Shown here one piece after another: positions 46,355-55,850 of a stretch of DNA of 64,000 nt. Position numbers and translations under genes: made by a program. Source of the stretch: Crocinitomicaceae bacterium (lineage in GTDB: Bacteria > Bacteroidota > Bacteroidia > Flavobacteriales_D > Crocinitomicaceae); the NCBI GenBank assembly GCA_030727405.1, contig JANRBR010000024.1:4880-68879 (forward strand), in the 5' to 3' direction. The notes under the pieces are model-generated. The model saw only the letters and a program-made list of their open reading frames with translations. It did not search any database and was not told where the DNA came from. The first letter of the stretch is position 1. Every line of letters starts with the position of its first letter.

Positions 46355-48058
46355 ATGAAAAACACCTTTCTCATTCTGGTCTTGTTGGTCCTGAACCCTG
46401 TCTTTGGTCAAAAGGTTTTGAAAGAAAACTTAAGTCCGAAAGTTCGTTTGTATTGGGATGCGAGCAACAAACACATACAAGCCATTGGGACATACTACGT
46501 TAGTGATGTGGTGCCTAAAAGCACTGAAAAGCATGGAAAATGGACGTTTTATTCTTACGATGGACTTTTGGAAGAGGAAAGCAATTACTACAGGGATCGA
46601 TTATTTGGCAAGCGCGTCTTTTATTACCCAAATAAACAAGTGAAGGAGGAGTCCTATTTTAAATTCAATGTACCTGATAGTTTGTTTTTTCAATGGAATG
46701 AAACTGGAAAATTGATTACAAAAGGACAATTCGAATTGGGAAGTCCCGTAGGAGAATGGCATTATTATTACAACAACGGAAAAGAAAAGTCGATCGAACG
46801 AGTGGTAAACGATACCGTTTACCTCATGGCAAGTTGGGAGGAAGACTCAGCACATCGTCAAACAGTGATCGATGGCAATGGAATCATTGAAGAGCGCTAC
46901 ACAAATGGTGTTGTGAAAGCCTATTACACGTTTCGAAATGGCTTAAAAAACGGAAGTTTTGAAGAGCGAACGGCTAATGGTGTTTTATCCGTTGGAGGAG
47001 CATTCAAGGACGGAAAGAAAGATGGGGTTTGGGAATTTTATGAATACCAAGGTGTACTTGAAAAACGAATTACCTACCTGGCTGATTCACTCGATGGTGC
47101 TTATTTGGCCTTGGCTTCAAATGGCGACACCGTCACATCTGGCAGCTATAAACAAGGGAAGAAACATGGTTTTTGGCTTTGGAAAACGGCTGAAAACAAA
47201 ATTGAAATGAATGGTTACTTCATTCATGACAAGCAAGATAGTGTATGGAATTACTACTTTTCTTCCGGTGAAATATCCTATGTTGCCAGATATAAAAATG
47301 GGCTCAAATCCGGTGAATGGAATTATTACTATCAGAATGGAACGCCGTATAGAAAAGGGAATTATACAAGCGATTTACGAGACGGGAAATGGGAGACCTG
47401 GTATGAAGATGGCGTACTTTTAATGAGTGGACAGTATCAGAATGGTAAAGAAGAAGGTGTTTGGTACAATTACTGGGGAAATGGGGCATTGAAGAACAAG
47501 GCAGAATTTAAACATGGAGTGATCAATGGTTCTTGGGTTTCCTATACACCTGAAAGCGTTTTATCGAATGCTGGAAAATACAAAAATGGATTTAAAGTTG
47601 GTACTTGGTATTCGTATTACAACAATGGTCGTTTAAAAGAAAAAGTTCAGTATAAAATTTTTACCGAAAAAAATGCCACTAATGATATGGCCATCATGGG
47701 CTTAAAAGAAACAGCAAGTGATTTCCACGGAAAATATGAGGCTTATTCACAGAAGGATTTTCAATTAAAAGCAAAAGGGAAATACCGAAAAGGAGTGAAA
47801 CATGGGCAATGGATTGACTATTATCCCGGAGGAGTGGTTCCAACCATCATTTCTGAATACCGAGAAGGGAAATTGGATGGGGTATTTAAACAACTAGATC
47901 CAAGAGGCAATTTGGTCTATGAAATTCATTATAAAAATGGCTTGAAACATGGTCCATTCATCGTTTATGGTGAAAATGGAAATGTGGTAAGTTTAAAAGA
48001 ATTTCGATTCGGACAAGAAGTGTCCAAGTCTGGTTCTCAAGACTTATTTACTCCCTAA
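46355..48058 (+). CDS. secreted MORN-variant repeat protein (YwqK-like repeats)
   Basis: 567 aa. Signal peptide, then about 20 tandem 22-24-residue repeats of the type G-x-W-x-x-Y-Y-x-N-G-x-x-x-x-E-x-x-Y-x-x-G-x-x-x. Confidence 0.75.
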   Translation: MKNTFLILVLLVLNPVFGQKVLKENLSPKVRLYWDASNKHIQAIGTYYVSDVVPKSTEKHGKWTFYSYDGLLEEESNYYRDRLFGKRVFYYPNKQVKEESYFKFNVPDSLFFQWNETGKLITKGQFELGSPVGEWHYYYNNGKEKSIERVVNDTVYLMASWEEDSAHRQTVIDGNGIIEERYTNGVVKAYYTFRNGLKNGSFEERTANGVLSVGGAFKDGKKDGVWEFYEYQGVLEKRITYLADSLDGAYLALASNGDTVTSGSYKQGKKHGFWLWKTAENKIEMNGYFIHDKQDSVWNYYFSSGEISYVARYKNGLKSGEWNYYYQNGTPYRKGNYTSDLRDGKWETWYEDGVLLMSGQYQNGKEEGVWYNYWGNGALKNKAEFKHGVINGSWVSYTPESVLSNAGKYKNGFKVGTWYSYYNNGRLKEKVQYKIFTEKNATNDMAIMGLKETASDFHGKYEAYSQKDFQLKAKGKYRKGVKHGQWIDYYPGGVVPTIISEYREGKLDGVFKQLDPRGNLVYEIHYKNGLKHGPFIVYGENGNVVSLKEFRFGQEVSKSGSQDLFTP

Positions 48059-48826
48059 GCCCTCGATAAACAAAGTCAATTCGATGAAGTCATCAACGCT
48101 TAATCTTTCCGGTCGTTGGGTGACAAATTTCTCAGGAAGAGGTGCGTCGTGTGTTAAAGACTTTATAGAGTTTCGGAGTGTTTTTCTTCTTTGCTGAAAA
48201 GCGGTTTTCACCACGCGCATAAACATTGCTTCGTTACATGGCAGAGACTCGCGTTCATTTCGTACACAGCGAATCACTCCAGACTTCACTTTTGGTGGTG
48301 GGATGAAAACGTGTTCATCTACCGTAAAACAATAGGTGATGTCATAAAATGCCTGCATGAAAACACTTAAAATCCCATATTCTTTTGACCCCGGTTTTTC
48401 GGCAATTCTGACGGCTACCTCCCGCTGAAACATTCCCATAATTTCAGGAATTTGATTTCGGTATTCCAAGCACTTAAACAATATTTGTGAAGAAATATTA
48501 TAAGGGAAATTTCCGGCTACTATAAAGGGTTCATGACCCATTATTTCCTTCAAATCTTGACGAAGAAAATCGGCATAAATGATACGGTCACCCATCTTAG
48601 GGTATTTGTGGTGCAAATATTCAATGGATTCAGCATCGATGTCAACAAGGTGCAATTCAATTTCTCCTTGTAAAATTAAAAAATCCGTTAAAGCTCCCAT
48701 ACCGGGGCCTATTTCCAACACGCGTCGACAATCACGGTGAAAAGAAACTTGTTTGGCTATTTTCTCACACGTTTCTAAATCTTTTAAAAAGTGTTGCCCG
48801 AGGTGTTTTTTTGGTTTAACGTTCAT
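48044..48826 (-). CDS. rsmA: 16S rRNA (adenine1518/1519-N6)-dimethyltransferase
   Basis: 260 aa. KKHLGQHFL, VLEIGPGMGALT and GNFPYNISSQI. Confidence 0.93.
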   Translation of the reverse strand: MNVKPKKHLGQHFLKDLETCEKIAKQVSFHRDCRRVLEIGPGMGALTDFLILQGEIELHLVDIDAESIEYLHHKYPKMGDRIIYADFLRQDLKEIMGHEPFIVAGNFPYNISSQILFKCLEYRNQIPEIMGMFQREVAVRIAEKPGSKEYGILSVFMQAFYDITYCFTVDEHVFIPPPKVKSGVIRCVRNERESLPCNEAMFMRVVKTAFQQRRKTLRNSIKSLTHDAPLPEKFVTQRPERLSVDDFIELTLFIEGLGSK

Positions 48827-49140
48827 GGTGCTTTGAATTCTTCGATGACCGTTAAAAGGGTTCGAAATGCGGCGAATTTACCTTGGTATCTTAGGGAATG
48901 GTCTTGCTGTAATTTTGGCGCAAAATGTTGTTGATACTCGTCCATTTTTTCTGAAGTTGGTGCTAAATACAAGAAGGAATAACTCGATCCACCATCTTCT
49001 TCGCCTTGAATTCTTGAAATGCGACATTCGAGAAAACAGCCCGTTTCCATAACTTCAGGAATATGGCATTTTCTCATCCATTCTAACCAATCTTGTTCTA
49101 TTTCCCGATCAATGCTTACGGTAACATTATATAGTATCAT
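48823..49140 (-). CDS. DUF4286 family protein
   Basis: MILYNVTVSIDREIEQDWLEWMRKCHIPEVMETGCF resembles DUF4286. Start set to ATG 49140. The stop overlaps the rsmA start as ATGA. Confidence 0.7.
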   Translation of the reverse strand: MILYNVTVSIDREIEQDWLEWMRKCHIPEVMETGCFLECRISRIQGEEDGGSSYSFLYLAPTSEKMDEYQQHFAPKLQQDHSLRYQGKFAAFRTLLTVIEEFKAP

Positions 49141-49234
49141 GCTGCAAATGTAAAAAACTTGAGTGGATAGTACTTTCATCCTGATACAATAATCCCAAAA
49201 TCCTGCGTTTTATACAGGTGATTATAAAAAATCA

Positions 49235-49242
49235 TATATTTG
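49235..49242 (+). promoter_or_regulatory. -7 box TATATTTG upstream of the small T9SS cargo gene
   Basis: Exact TAnnTTTG, 22 nt before ATG 49265. Confidence 0.5.
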
Positions 49243-49264
49243 ACCATATTAATTAACTTGAATT

Positions 49265-50020
49265 ATGAAAAAACTTTTGTTTATCGCTTTGTCATCACTT
49301 TTGTTGAACGCTGCTTCTTGGGCACAGTCTTGTACGCCAGGAGCTAATTTTGTTGATTCAACGTACGGCGTTTGGCCTGATACAACTCAGAATTTCCCTC
49401 CTGCATTAGCAAATGTCGCCTATTCAACAGATCTAAATTTTAAAGTGCCTGCAACTGTTACTGCTGAGCTCGATGCAACGGGTCAATTTGTAGGTTCTCC
49501 CATTCAAGGCTTTACCGTAACAGGTGTGAATGGTCTACCGAACGGATTCAACTATGCATGTAACATTAGTACATGCGCATACGCGGGTGGCGCAAATGGC
49601 TGCGCAAATATTTGGGGAGTAACAACGGCTACAGGGACATTTCCAATCACGATTGACGTAAGTGCTACGGTATTGGTTACGCTATTTCCTGGTTTGCCGC
49701 CAACTCCAGTAACACAAACCGTTTCTTTCCCAGGATATAAAATTGTGGTAGGAAGTGCTGGTGTCATTGAAGGCATCATTTCTCCAATTTCAGTTAGTCC
49801 TAACCCAACAAATTCGTTTATTACGGTAAATGGAATTACGAATTCAATGAAGGCTACAGAAATCACCTTAACAAACATTGAAGGAAAAACAATCGAATCA
49901 AGAGCGATAGAAAACTCGAACGATTTAACCTTTGATTTATCTGGTTTAAATGCTGGAATCTATTTCATACATGTTCGTCATGAAAACGGTGTAGAAACAG
50001 TGAAGTTTTTGAAAAACTAA
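49265..50020 (+). CDS. small secreted protein with T9SS type A C-terminal sorting domain
   Basis: 251 aa. Signal peptide; C-terminus VSPNPTNSFITVNG...GIYFIHVRHENGVETVKFLKN. Confidence 0.75.
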   Translation: MKKLLFIALSSLLLNAASWAQSCTPGANFVDSTYGVWPDTTQNFPPALANVAYSTDLNFKVPATVTAELDATGQFVGSPIQGFTVTGVNGLPNGFNYACNISTCAYAGGANGCANIWGVTTATGTFPITIDVSATVLVTLFPGLPPTPVTQTVSFPGYKIVVGSAGVIEGIISPISVSPNPTNSFITVNGITNSMKATEITLTNIEGKTIESRAIENSNDLTFDLSGLNAGIYFIHVRHENGVETVKFLKN

Positions 50021-50040
50021 ACACGATCTTCCAACTAAGT

Positions 50041-50070
50041 AAAAAGGGACTTCTAGTAAGTCCCTTTTTT
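50041..50070. terminator. bidirectional rho-independent terminator between the convergent T9SS cargo gene and nadD
   Basis: Stem GGGACTT/AAGTCCC (50046-52 / 50058-64) with a 5-nt loop, flanked by A5 and T6. Confidence 0.85.
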
Positions 50071-50684
50071 CATTTATAGAAATGCATGTCCGTTATGTAT
50101 TGGTAAACTGGTTCTGTCAACAAATATCGAACGTCCTTGCCTTCTTTTATGGACTGACGAATGAAACTGGCAGATACTTTCATAATCGGAGCATCATCGC
50201 AAAAAATAACCTTTTTTGAATTTCGATACGGGTGATCAATCGTTCCTTTTTGTTCAACAACCTCAGCTTCTTCTGAACTCGTTAAAACTCTTGGATAGAC
50301 ATAAATCATGTGATTCTCCAATATGACTTCATGGTTGTACCATTTATGAAAGGTCCTCAAATTATCTTCTCCCATGATTAACGAAAAATCATGACTTGGG
50401 TATTTTTCCTTTAAATGGGTTAATGTGGAAATGGTGTAATTCGGTTTGGGTAAGTGGAATTCAATGTCAGAAGCTCTCAACTTAGGATTGTCCTCAATCG
50501 CTTCCCGAACGATGTTGAGGCGATGTGCATCCTTTAGCAAGGTGGATTTATCTTTTAGAGGATTCTGAGGTGTGACAACCATCCATACTTGATCCAAATC
50601 AGTGTGTTCTGCCATATAATTGGCAATGATAAGGTGTCCAACGTGAATCGGATTAAATGTTCCAAAATACAATCCTATTTTCAT
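50070..50684 (-). CDS. nadD: nicotinate-nucleotide adenylyltransferase
   Basis: 204 aa. GLYFGTFNPIHVGHL (H/T-x-G-H) and SASFIR-like VSASFIRQ motif. Confidence 0.9.
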   Translation of the reverse strand: MKIGLYFGTFNPIHVGHLIIANYMAEHTDLDQVWMVVTPQNPLKDKSTLLKDAHRLNIVREAIEDNPKLRASDIEFHLPKPNYTISTLTHLKEKYPSHDFSLIMGEDNLRTFHKWYNHEVILENHMIYVYPRVLTSSEEAEVVEQKGTIDHPYRNSKKVIFCDDAPIMKVSASFIRQSIKEGKDVRYLLTEPVYQYITDMHFYK

Positions 50685-51247
50685 GATGCAATGAATTTTT
50701 GGATGGTACTATAAACCGTTTCAATGGCTGCATCTAATTGGTCATTGATGACAACAACGTCAAATCCTTTGGCGCGTTCCATTTCTTGTTCTGCCTTTGC
50801 AAGTCGGGTTTTTATTTTATCGATGGAATCCGTATTTCTCGAGACTAATCTGCGTTCAAGCTCTTCCATAGATGGAGGTTGGATAAAGATGCTTAGTGCC
50901 TTTTCCCCCATCATTTTCTTGAGTTTAAGTCCGCCTTCCACATCTACATCGAAGATGACCGTTTTTCCTTCCCCCCAAATACGTGTCAACTCTGATTTCA
51001 ATGTTCCGTAGTACATGCCAGGATACACTTCTTCCCATTCGATGAGTGCCTCTTCTTCTATGCGTTGTTGAAACAGCTCCTTCCCTAAAAAGTAATAATC
51101 GACACCATGTATTTCTTTTCCTCTTGGCGCTCTTGAACAAGCAGAAATCGAAAAAGCCAGTTGTGGAATTCGTTTTAGTATCGCCTGAACTATGGTTGTT
51201 TTTCCGGCGCCAGAAGGTGCTGAGATGATGATGCTTTTCTCTTCCAT
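50681..51247 (-). CDS. gmk: guanylate kinase
   Basis: 188 aa. P-loop SAPSGAGKTT, TSRAPRGKE-like CSRAPRGKEIHGVDYYF. ATGA overlap with nadD. Confidence 0.95.
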   Translation of the reverse strand: MEEKSIIISAPSGAGKTTIVQAILKRIPQLAFSISACSRAPRGKEIHGVDYYFLGKELFQQRIEEEALIEWEEVYPGMYYGTLKSELTRIWGEGKTVIFDVDVEGGLKLKKMMGEKALSIFIQPPSMEELERRLVSRNTDSIDKIKTRLAKAEQEMERAKGFDVVVINDQLDAAIETVYSTIQKFIAS

Positions 51248-51257
51248 GCTCCCTATT

Positions 51258-52124
51258 TTACAAGGTATTTAAAACTTGCTCTTTCATTTTTTCCAAACAA
51301 TCTTTCATGTCCACCACACGTTTTTGAATTTCAGCATGATTGCACTTACTTCCCAAAGTGTTGATCTCCCTGCCCATTTCTTGACAAATAAAGCCGAGTT
51401 TTTTTCCATTGCGCGGAATCACCATGGTCGATAAAAAATAATCCAAGTGATTGGTTAAACGCATTTTTTCTTCCGAAACATCCAGCTTTTCCAAGTAAAA
51501 AATCATCTCTTGCTCTAAGCGATTTTCATCAATTCGCACATCTGATAAATCCGTTAAAGCTTTGAAAATACGCTCGCGTATCACTTGAATTCGTTCAGGT
51601 TCAAATACGCTAATTTCTTGTAATCCATTTCTGATGGCTTCTATTTTCTCCGAAAAGTCACTTTGCAACGCTAGACCTTCTTGGGCTCTAAATTGGGTGA
51701 GTTTGTGACACGCGCTTGTGGCTAAGTCCATGATAAACGTTTTTTCTTCCTCGCTTATTTCAGGAGCTTGTTGATTGAGTACTTCGGGCATTCTTAACAC
51801 CATAGATAAATAATCCACCGGTGCTTCACCCCAAGATTCATTCAACTTTTTCAACTCTTGGTAAAAATTGGTTGCCAATTCGGTATTTATAAGTCCGTTT
51901 GATAAATCATTTTGGCTTTCAATGTATATGCCTAAATCGATTTTGCCTCTATCCAATTGCTCTCCGAGTAATTTGCGCAATTCAGATTCCAAATCTCTAT
52001 AAATGCTTGGAATTCTTAGGTTCAGGTCTAATCCCTTGCTGTTTAAAGAGCGGATTTCTACGGAAACTTTTTTCGATTGGAACAAGCCATTGCTTTTTCC
52101 AAATCCTGTCATTGATTGCAACAT
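51258..52124 (-). CDS. yicC: YicC family protein
   Basis: 288 aa. MLQSMTGFG start, SLNSKGLDL and C-terminal QEMGREINTLGSKCN...EQVLNTL. Confidence 0.88.
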   Translation of the reverse strand: MLQSMTGFGKSNGLFQSKKVSVEIRSLNSKGLDLNLRIPSIYRDLESELRKLLGEQLDRGKIDLGIYIESQNDLSNGLINTELATNFYQELKKLNESWGEAPVDYLSMVLRMPEVLNQQAPEISEEEKTFIMDLATSACHKLTQFRAQEGLALQSDFSEKIEAIRNGLQEISVFEPERIQVIRERIFKALTDLSDVRIDENRLEQEMIFYLEKLDVSEEKMRLTNHLDYFLSTMVIPRNGKKLGFICQEMGREINTLGSKCNHAEIQKRVVDMKDCLEKMKEQVLNTL

Positions 52125-52139
52125 ATGTGCTGATTTTTA

Positions 52140-52147
52140 CAAAGTTA
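52140..52147 (-). promoter_or_regulatory. -7 box TAACTTTG upstream of yicC-gmk-nadD
   Basis: Exact TAnnTTTG, 15 nt before ATG 52124. Confidence 0.55.
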
Positions 52148-52164
52148 GGTAAATTGAAGGGGAA

Positions 52165-52722
52165 TTAATCTTCAATCAATAAATCCGCGTCAATCCCTTC
52201 GTTTTGTTCTTTAATAAACCAAGCGATTTCACTCATGATTTGTCGTTTTTGTTCGTCTTCTTGTTTTGACTCTTCCACGTATTCTTTTAACAATAATTGA
52301 GATTCAAGTAAGTGGTGTTCCTCGAATGGCCCTTGCATGTTTTCGATGATGGTTAAGCACTCCAAAGCCTGCATAAAATCACCTGTAGATGCCAACATGA
52401 CAAAAAACGGTAAATGATCGTCATAGGGTAGTTTCGAATTCCAGATACTTGTCAAAACTTTCTGACGAAGCTGAGCGTCTTTCTCTTCAGCTAGGAATTG
52501 GATGAAAAAAGTTGCTGCCTCTGGTTTTTGAATGTCTGCTAGAAACAACAAAATAGCTTTTTCAATGGTAAGATCGCAGCGACGCAATTTTTCAATCACT
52601 TGAGGTAGAATGGATAAGTCTCCTTGCTGCTCCAATACTTTTAGGGCCGAAAGAATATCCGTTTCAACTTCAGATTGAAATTGTTTCATTGCCTCTGAAA
52701 GTTTCACTTTTTTTTGCTGCAT
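52165..52722 (-). CDS. hypothetical protein (helical-repeat-like)
   Basis: 185 aa from ATG 52722 (the track start is an upstream TTG). No recognisable motifs. Own TAACTTTG box 15 nt upstream. Confidence 0.5.
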   Translation of the reverse strand: MQQKKVKLSEAMKQFQSEVETDILSALKVLEQQGDLSILPQVIEKLRRCDLTIEKAILLFLADIQKPEAATFFIQFLAEEKDAQLRQKVLTSIWNSKLPYDDHLPFFVMLASTGDFMQALECLTIIENMQGPFEEHHLLESQLLLKEYVEESKQEDEQKRQIMSEIAWFIKEQNEGIDADLLIED

Positions 52723-52737
52723 GCTCGATATTTTGTG

Positions 52738-52745
52738 CAAAGTTA
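52738..52745 (-). promoter_or_regulatory. -7 box TAACTTTG upstream of the 185-aa hypothetical gene
   Basis: Exact TAnnTTTG, 15 nt before ATG 52722. Confidence 0.5.
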
Positions 52746-52881
52746 CAAATTCCTAATGAGGACGTCTAGTCAATCGAATAGATGAAAATAACAATTATGA
52801 AATTTTCATTGTTTAAAAGTTCATCGAGGTAGCCAAGAAAGAAGGGTGATCTTTTCGAAATTTGCAGCAAACCACTTTATT

Positions 52882-53856
52882 ATGAAAAAAAGGTCTTTCA
52901 TCATTTCGGCTATTTGTGTCTTTATCGGTATGGGTTCGTGTGTAGCCCCAAAGAAGTATAAAGAACTTGAAGCCAGAGAAAAAGCATGTTCGGAAGAATT
53001 GGCAAAGTTTAAAAAGAGCTCAAGTGATTTCGAATCATTGTCTAAGGATTTACAAAATAAATACGACCTTGCCGCACGCGATGTTGCTAAATTAAAACAA
53101 GACACATCCGCCACTGGTTATGCGATGCGCTTGCTACAAAGAGATTACGATGAATTATTGTCTCAACATGAATCTTTGGAAGGATCTTTCAATAAACTGA
53201 AAAATTTAAGTGCAAAGGAAACTGCTGAATTGCAGACGGAACTTGAAAACACAAACAAAGCCTTGCAACAAAAGGCCGATGCTCTGTTAAAACTCGATGA
53301 GGAATTAAAAGCCAAGCAAAAATTACTAGAAGAACGTGAAAAACGTGTAAATGAGTTGGAAGAAGCGATTCGTAAAAAAGATGCCGGAATACAGTTATTA
53401 AAGGCAAAAGTTGCGAATGCTTTGCGTGGTTTTGAAAACAAAGGATTGACCGTGGTGCAAAAAAACGGTAAGATCTACGTAAGTTTAGAAGCAAAATTAC
53501 TTTTTAAGTCTGGATCTACTTTTGTTGAACCAGAGGGCAAGGATGCCTTGATTCAATTGGGACAAGTATTGGAAAGTGAATTGGATTTGGAAATTGTCGT
53601 GGAAGGTCACACAGATTCAGATAAATTATCTAGCCCGAATTCACCAAAAAACAACTGGGAACTTTCTGTGCTTAGAGCAACGTCTGTTGTAGAAATCCTA
53701 CTGGCGCATTCCACAATGTCTCCCATGCAAGTCATGGCAGCTGGACGTGGAGAATTCCATCCAGTGGATGTCAATGACAAAGCAAAAAATAGACGCATTG
53801 AGGTGATCATTTCACCGAACTTAAACGAATTATTCGAGATCATTTCGAACGATTAA
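52882..53856 (+). CDS. OmpA/MotB-family lipoprotein with long coiled-coil spacer
   Basis: Start set to ATG 52882 (MKKRSFIISAICVFIGMGSC lipobox). About 170 residues of heptad-rich sequence, then OmpA-like EIVVEGHTDSD...WELSVLRATSVVEIL...GRGEFHP...NRRIEVII. Confidence 0.85.
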   Translation: MKKRSFIISAICVFIGMGSCVAPKKYKELEAREKACSEELAKFKKSSSDFESLSKDLQNKYDLAARDVAKLKQDTSATGYAMRLLQRDYDELLSQHESLEGSFNKLKNLSAKETAELQTELENTNKALQQKADALLKLDEELKAKQKLLEEREKRVNELEEAIRKKDAGIQLLKAKVANALRGFENKGLTVVQKNGKIYVSLEAKLLFKSGSTFVEPEGKDALIQLGQVLESELDLEIVVEGHTDSDKLSSPNSPKNNWELSVLRATSVVEILLAHSTMSPMQVMAAGRGEFHPVDVNDKAKNRRIEVIISPNLNELFEIISND

Positions 53857-53867
53857 GAATCCTTGAA

Positions 53868-55850
53868 ATGGGGTCAAAAGAAAAGAAATTAGCTCAAGAT
53901 TCCCTAGTGTCTCAAGTATCTTGGTACGGTAAGACAAGCCATCTTGTCTTATTGGCAATCATCGTTATTGCTACGTATTTTACGTATTCCCCAGGTTTTT
54001 CGCCAGAGAAAGAATTTACCAATTGGGATGACTTAGGTTATGTTGTGAATCAACCTCTAATCAAAACCCAAGATGCGGATAGTGCTGCATTACTTTGGAA
54101 ACCGAGTACCCAGGTAATGCTGAATTACCATCCTGTCACCATGTGGACATTAGCCAAAAACTTTGAATCTGCTGAATTAGACATTCAACCCTATTTCCAG
54201 ACGAACTTGTTTTTACACGTCCTCAATGCCTTATTGGTTTTCATTTTGCTTTTCCATCTTGCCAATGGATCACTTTTTGTTTCGTTTTTCGGTGCTTTGT
54301 TGTTTGCCATTCATCCGATGCATGTGGAAAGTGTCGCCTGGATTTCGGAACGTAAGGATGTTCTTTATACCTTCTTCTTTCTTTTATCCCTTCTTAGTTA
54401 CCTGCGCTTTCAAAAAAAGAACAACTATATTTGGCTCGTCATTTGTTTCGGACTGTTTATTCTTTCCTGTTTAAGCAAGGCAATGGCTGTTCCCCTTCCA
54501 TTCGTTTTGATTTTAATGGATTACCTCAACGGTCGCAAATTGAATTGGAAAACCCTCCTAGAGAAAATTCCATTCATCGCTGTTGCCTTGTGGTTTGGTT
54601 TGAATGCCATTGAAATTCAATCGAAAGGCGCCATAACCGATTTCGATTTTTTCTCAGGATGGCAAAGATTGATGTTCGCATCCTATGGATTCCTTTCTTA
54701 TTGGAGCAAATTTTTTGTTCCGCTTGGCTTATCTGCATTTTATCCTTATCCAAATTTAGATCAATTAAACCAGTTGCCGTGGCAGTTTACCCTCGCACCT
54801 TTTGTCATCCTCATTTCAATGGGAGGCATACTATTTCTTTCTAGGAAAAAAGGTGTTGAAACATTTAAAATCGCATTATTTGGACTTGGGTTTTTTACGC
54901 TAATGATTGCCTTAGTATTACAATTCATCAGTGTGGGATCGGCTATAACGGCTGACCGATACAGTTATGTTCCTTACATCGGAATTGTATTTATGTTATT
55001 CGTATTCCTAGAAAGATGGAAACACTATTTGCGCTTAAAAAATTGGATCATTGCTGGGACAATCGTTTATGCAGTTGTATTTATGGTCCTTGCACATGAA
55101 CGCACAAAAGTTTGGACGAATTCAGGTACGCTTTGGTCAGACGTGATACAAAAACATCCGTTTGTACTTCAAATGAATGAAGGCAAGGTCAAGGTACTTC
55201 AAACAGGAGCGGAAGTAGCTTACAAAAACCGAGGAAATTATTATCGAGAGCATGGGGATTCTGCTGCAGCAATGAAGGATTATTTAGTACTCGTTAAAGC
55301 GCGTGTCAAAGATCCTTTAATCTATTCCAATGTTGGAAACATGTACGCCTTAATGAATCAATATGATTCATCCCTACAGATGTATAATTTGGCATTAGAA
55401 CGCAATCCCAAGTCCTTTGATGTTTACCTGAACAGGGGGATTACCTACGCCAAAATGCTTAAACACGCAGAGGCTTGTAAGGACTTCAATATGGCCTTGA
55501 AAATCAATAAAAATGACCTTGGAACCTTAATCAATTTGTGTGCGGCCTATTTAAACGGAAAAATGTATGAAGAATGCATTGCCGCAAGTGAGCGTATGAA
55601 AAAGCAAGCCCCAAATCGATGGGAATCTTATTTCTACATGGGCACGGCATTCGTGAATTTAGGGAAATACCAACAAGGCGCAGAATCGTTGGAAAAAGCC
55701 ATTGAATTGAATCCAAGTGATCCATTTGCTTGGTATAATGCTGGGATTGCTCAACAGCAAATTGGCAATAAAACAAAAGCGAAAAACTACCTTATAAAGG
55801 CTAAATCATTGAATTATCCCGTTCCCGAAGCGGTCATCAATTCGCTTTAA
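53868..55850 (+). CDS. polytopic membrane protein with C-terminal TPR repeats (TMTC / PMT-like putative glycosyltransferase family)
   Basis: 660 aa. About 10-11 TM segments including a DUF1736-like block (HPMHVESVAWISERKDVLYTFFFLLS), then about 6 TPR units (YKNRGNYY..., YSNVGNMY..., YLNRGITY..., YFYMGTAF..., WYNAGIAQ...). Confidence 0.7.
   Translation: MGSKEKKLAQDSLVSQVSWYGKTSHLVLLAIIVIATYFTYSPGFSPEKEFTNWDDLGYVVNQPLIKTQDADSAALLWKPSTQVMLNYHPVTMWTLAKNFESAELDIQPYFQTNLFLHVLNALLVFILLFHLANGSLFVSFFGALLFAIHPMHVESVAWISERKDVLYTFFFLLSLLSYLRFQKKNNYIWLVICFGLFILSCLSKAMAVPLPFVLILMDYLNGRKLNWKTLLEKIPFIAVALWFGLNAIEIQSKGAITDFDFFSGWQRLMFASYGFLSYWSKFFVPLGLSAFYPYPNLDQLNQLPWQFTLAPFVILISMGGILFLSRKKGVETFKIALFGLGFFTLMIALVLQFISVGSAITADRYSYVPYIGIVFMLFVFLERWKHYLRLKNWIIAGTIVYAVVFMVLAHERTKVWTNSGTLWSDVIQKHPFVLQMNEGKVKVLQTGAEVAYKNRGNYYREHGDSAAAMKDYLVLVKARVKDPLIYSNVGNMYALMNQYDSSLQMYNLALERNPKSFDVYLNRGITYAKMLKHAEACKDFNMALKINKNDLGTLINLCAAYLNGKMYEECIAASERMKKQAPNRWESYFYMGTAFVNLGKYQQGAESLEKAIELNPSDPFAWYNAGIAQQQIGNKTKAKNYLIKAKSLNYPVPEAVINSL

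Noticed and set aside
46355-48058. MORN/YwqK-like repeat protein as the antitoxin of a toxin-antitoxin or polymorphic toxin system
   Set aside because: It carries a signal peptide, is 567 aa of pure repeats, and has no toxin-like neighbour: LysE-family gene upstream, rsmA convergent downstream. The 'antitoxin' label for this family is only an annotation transfer.
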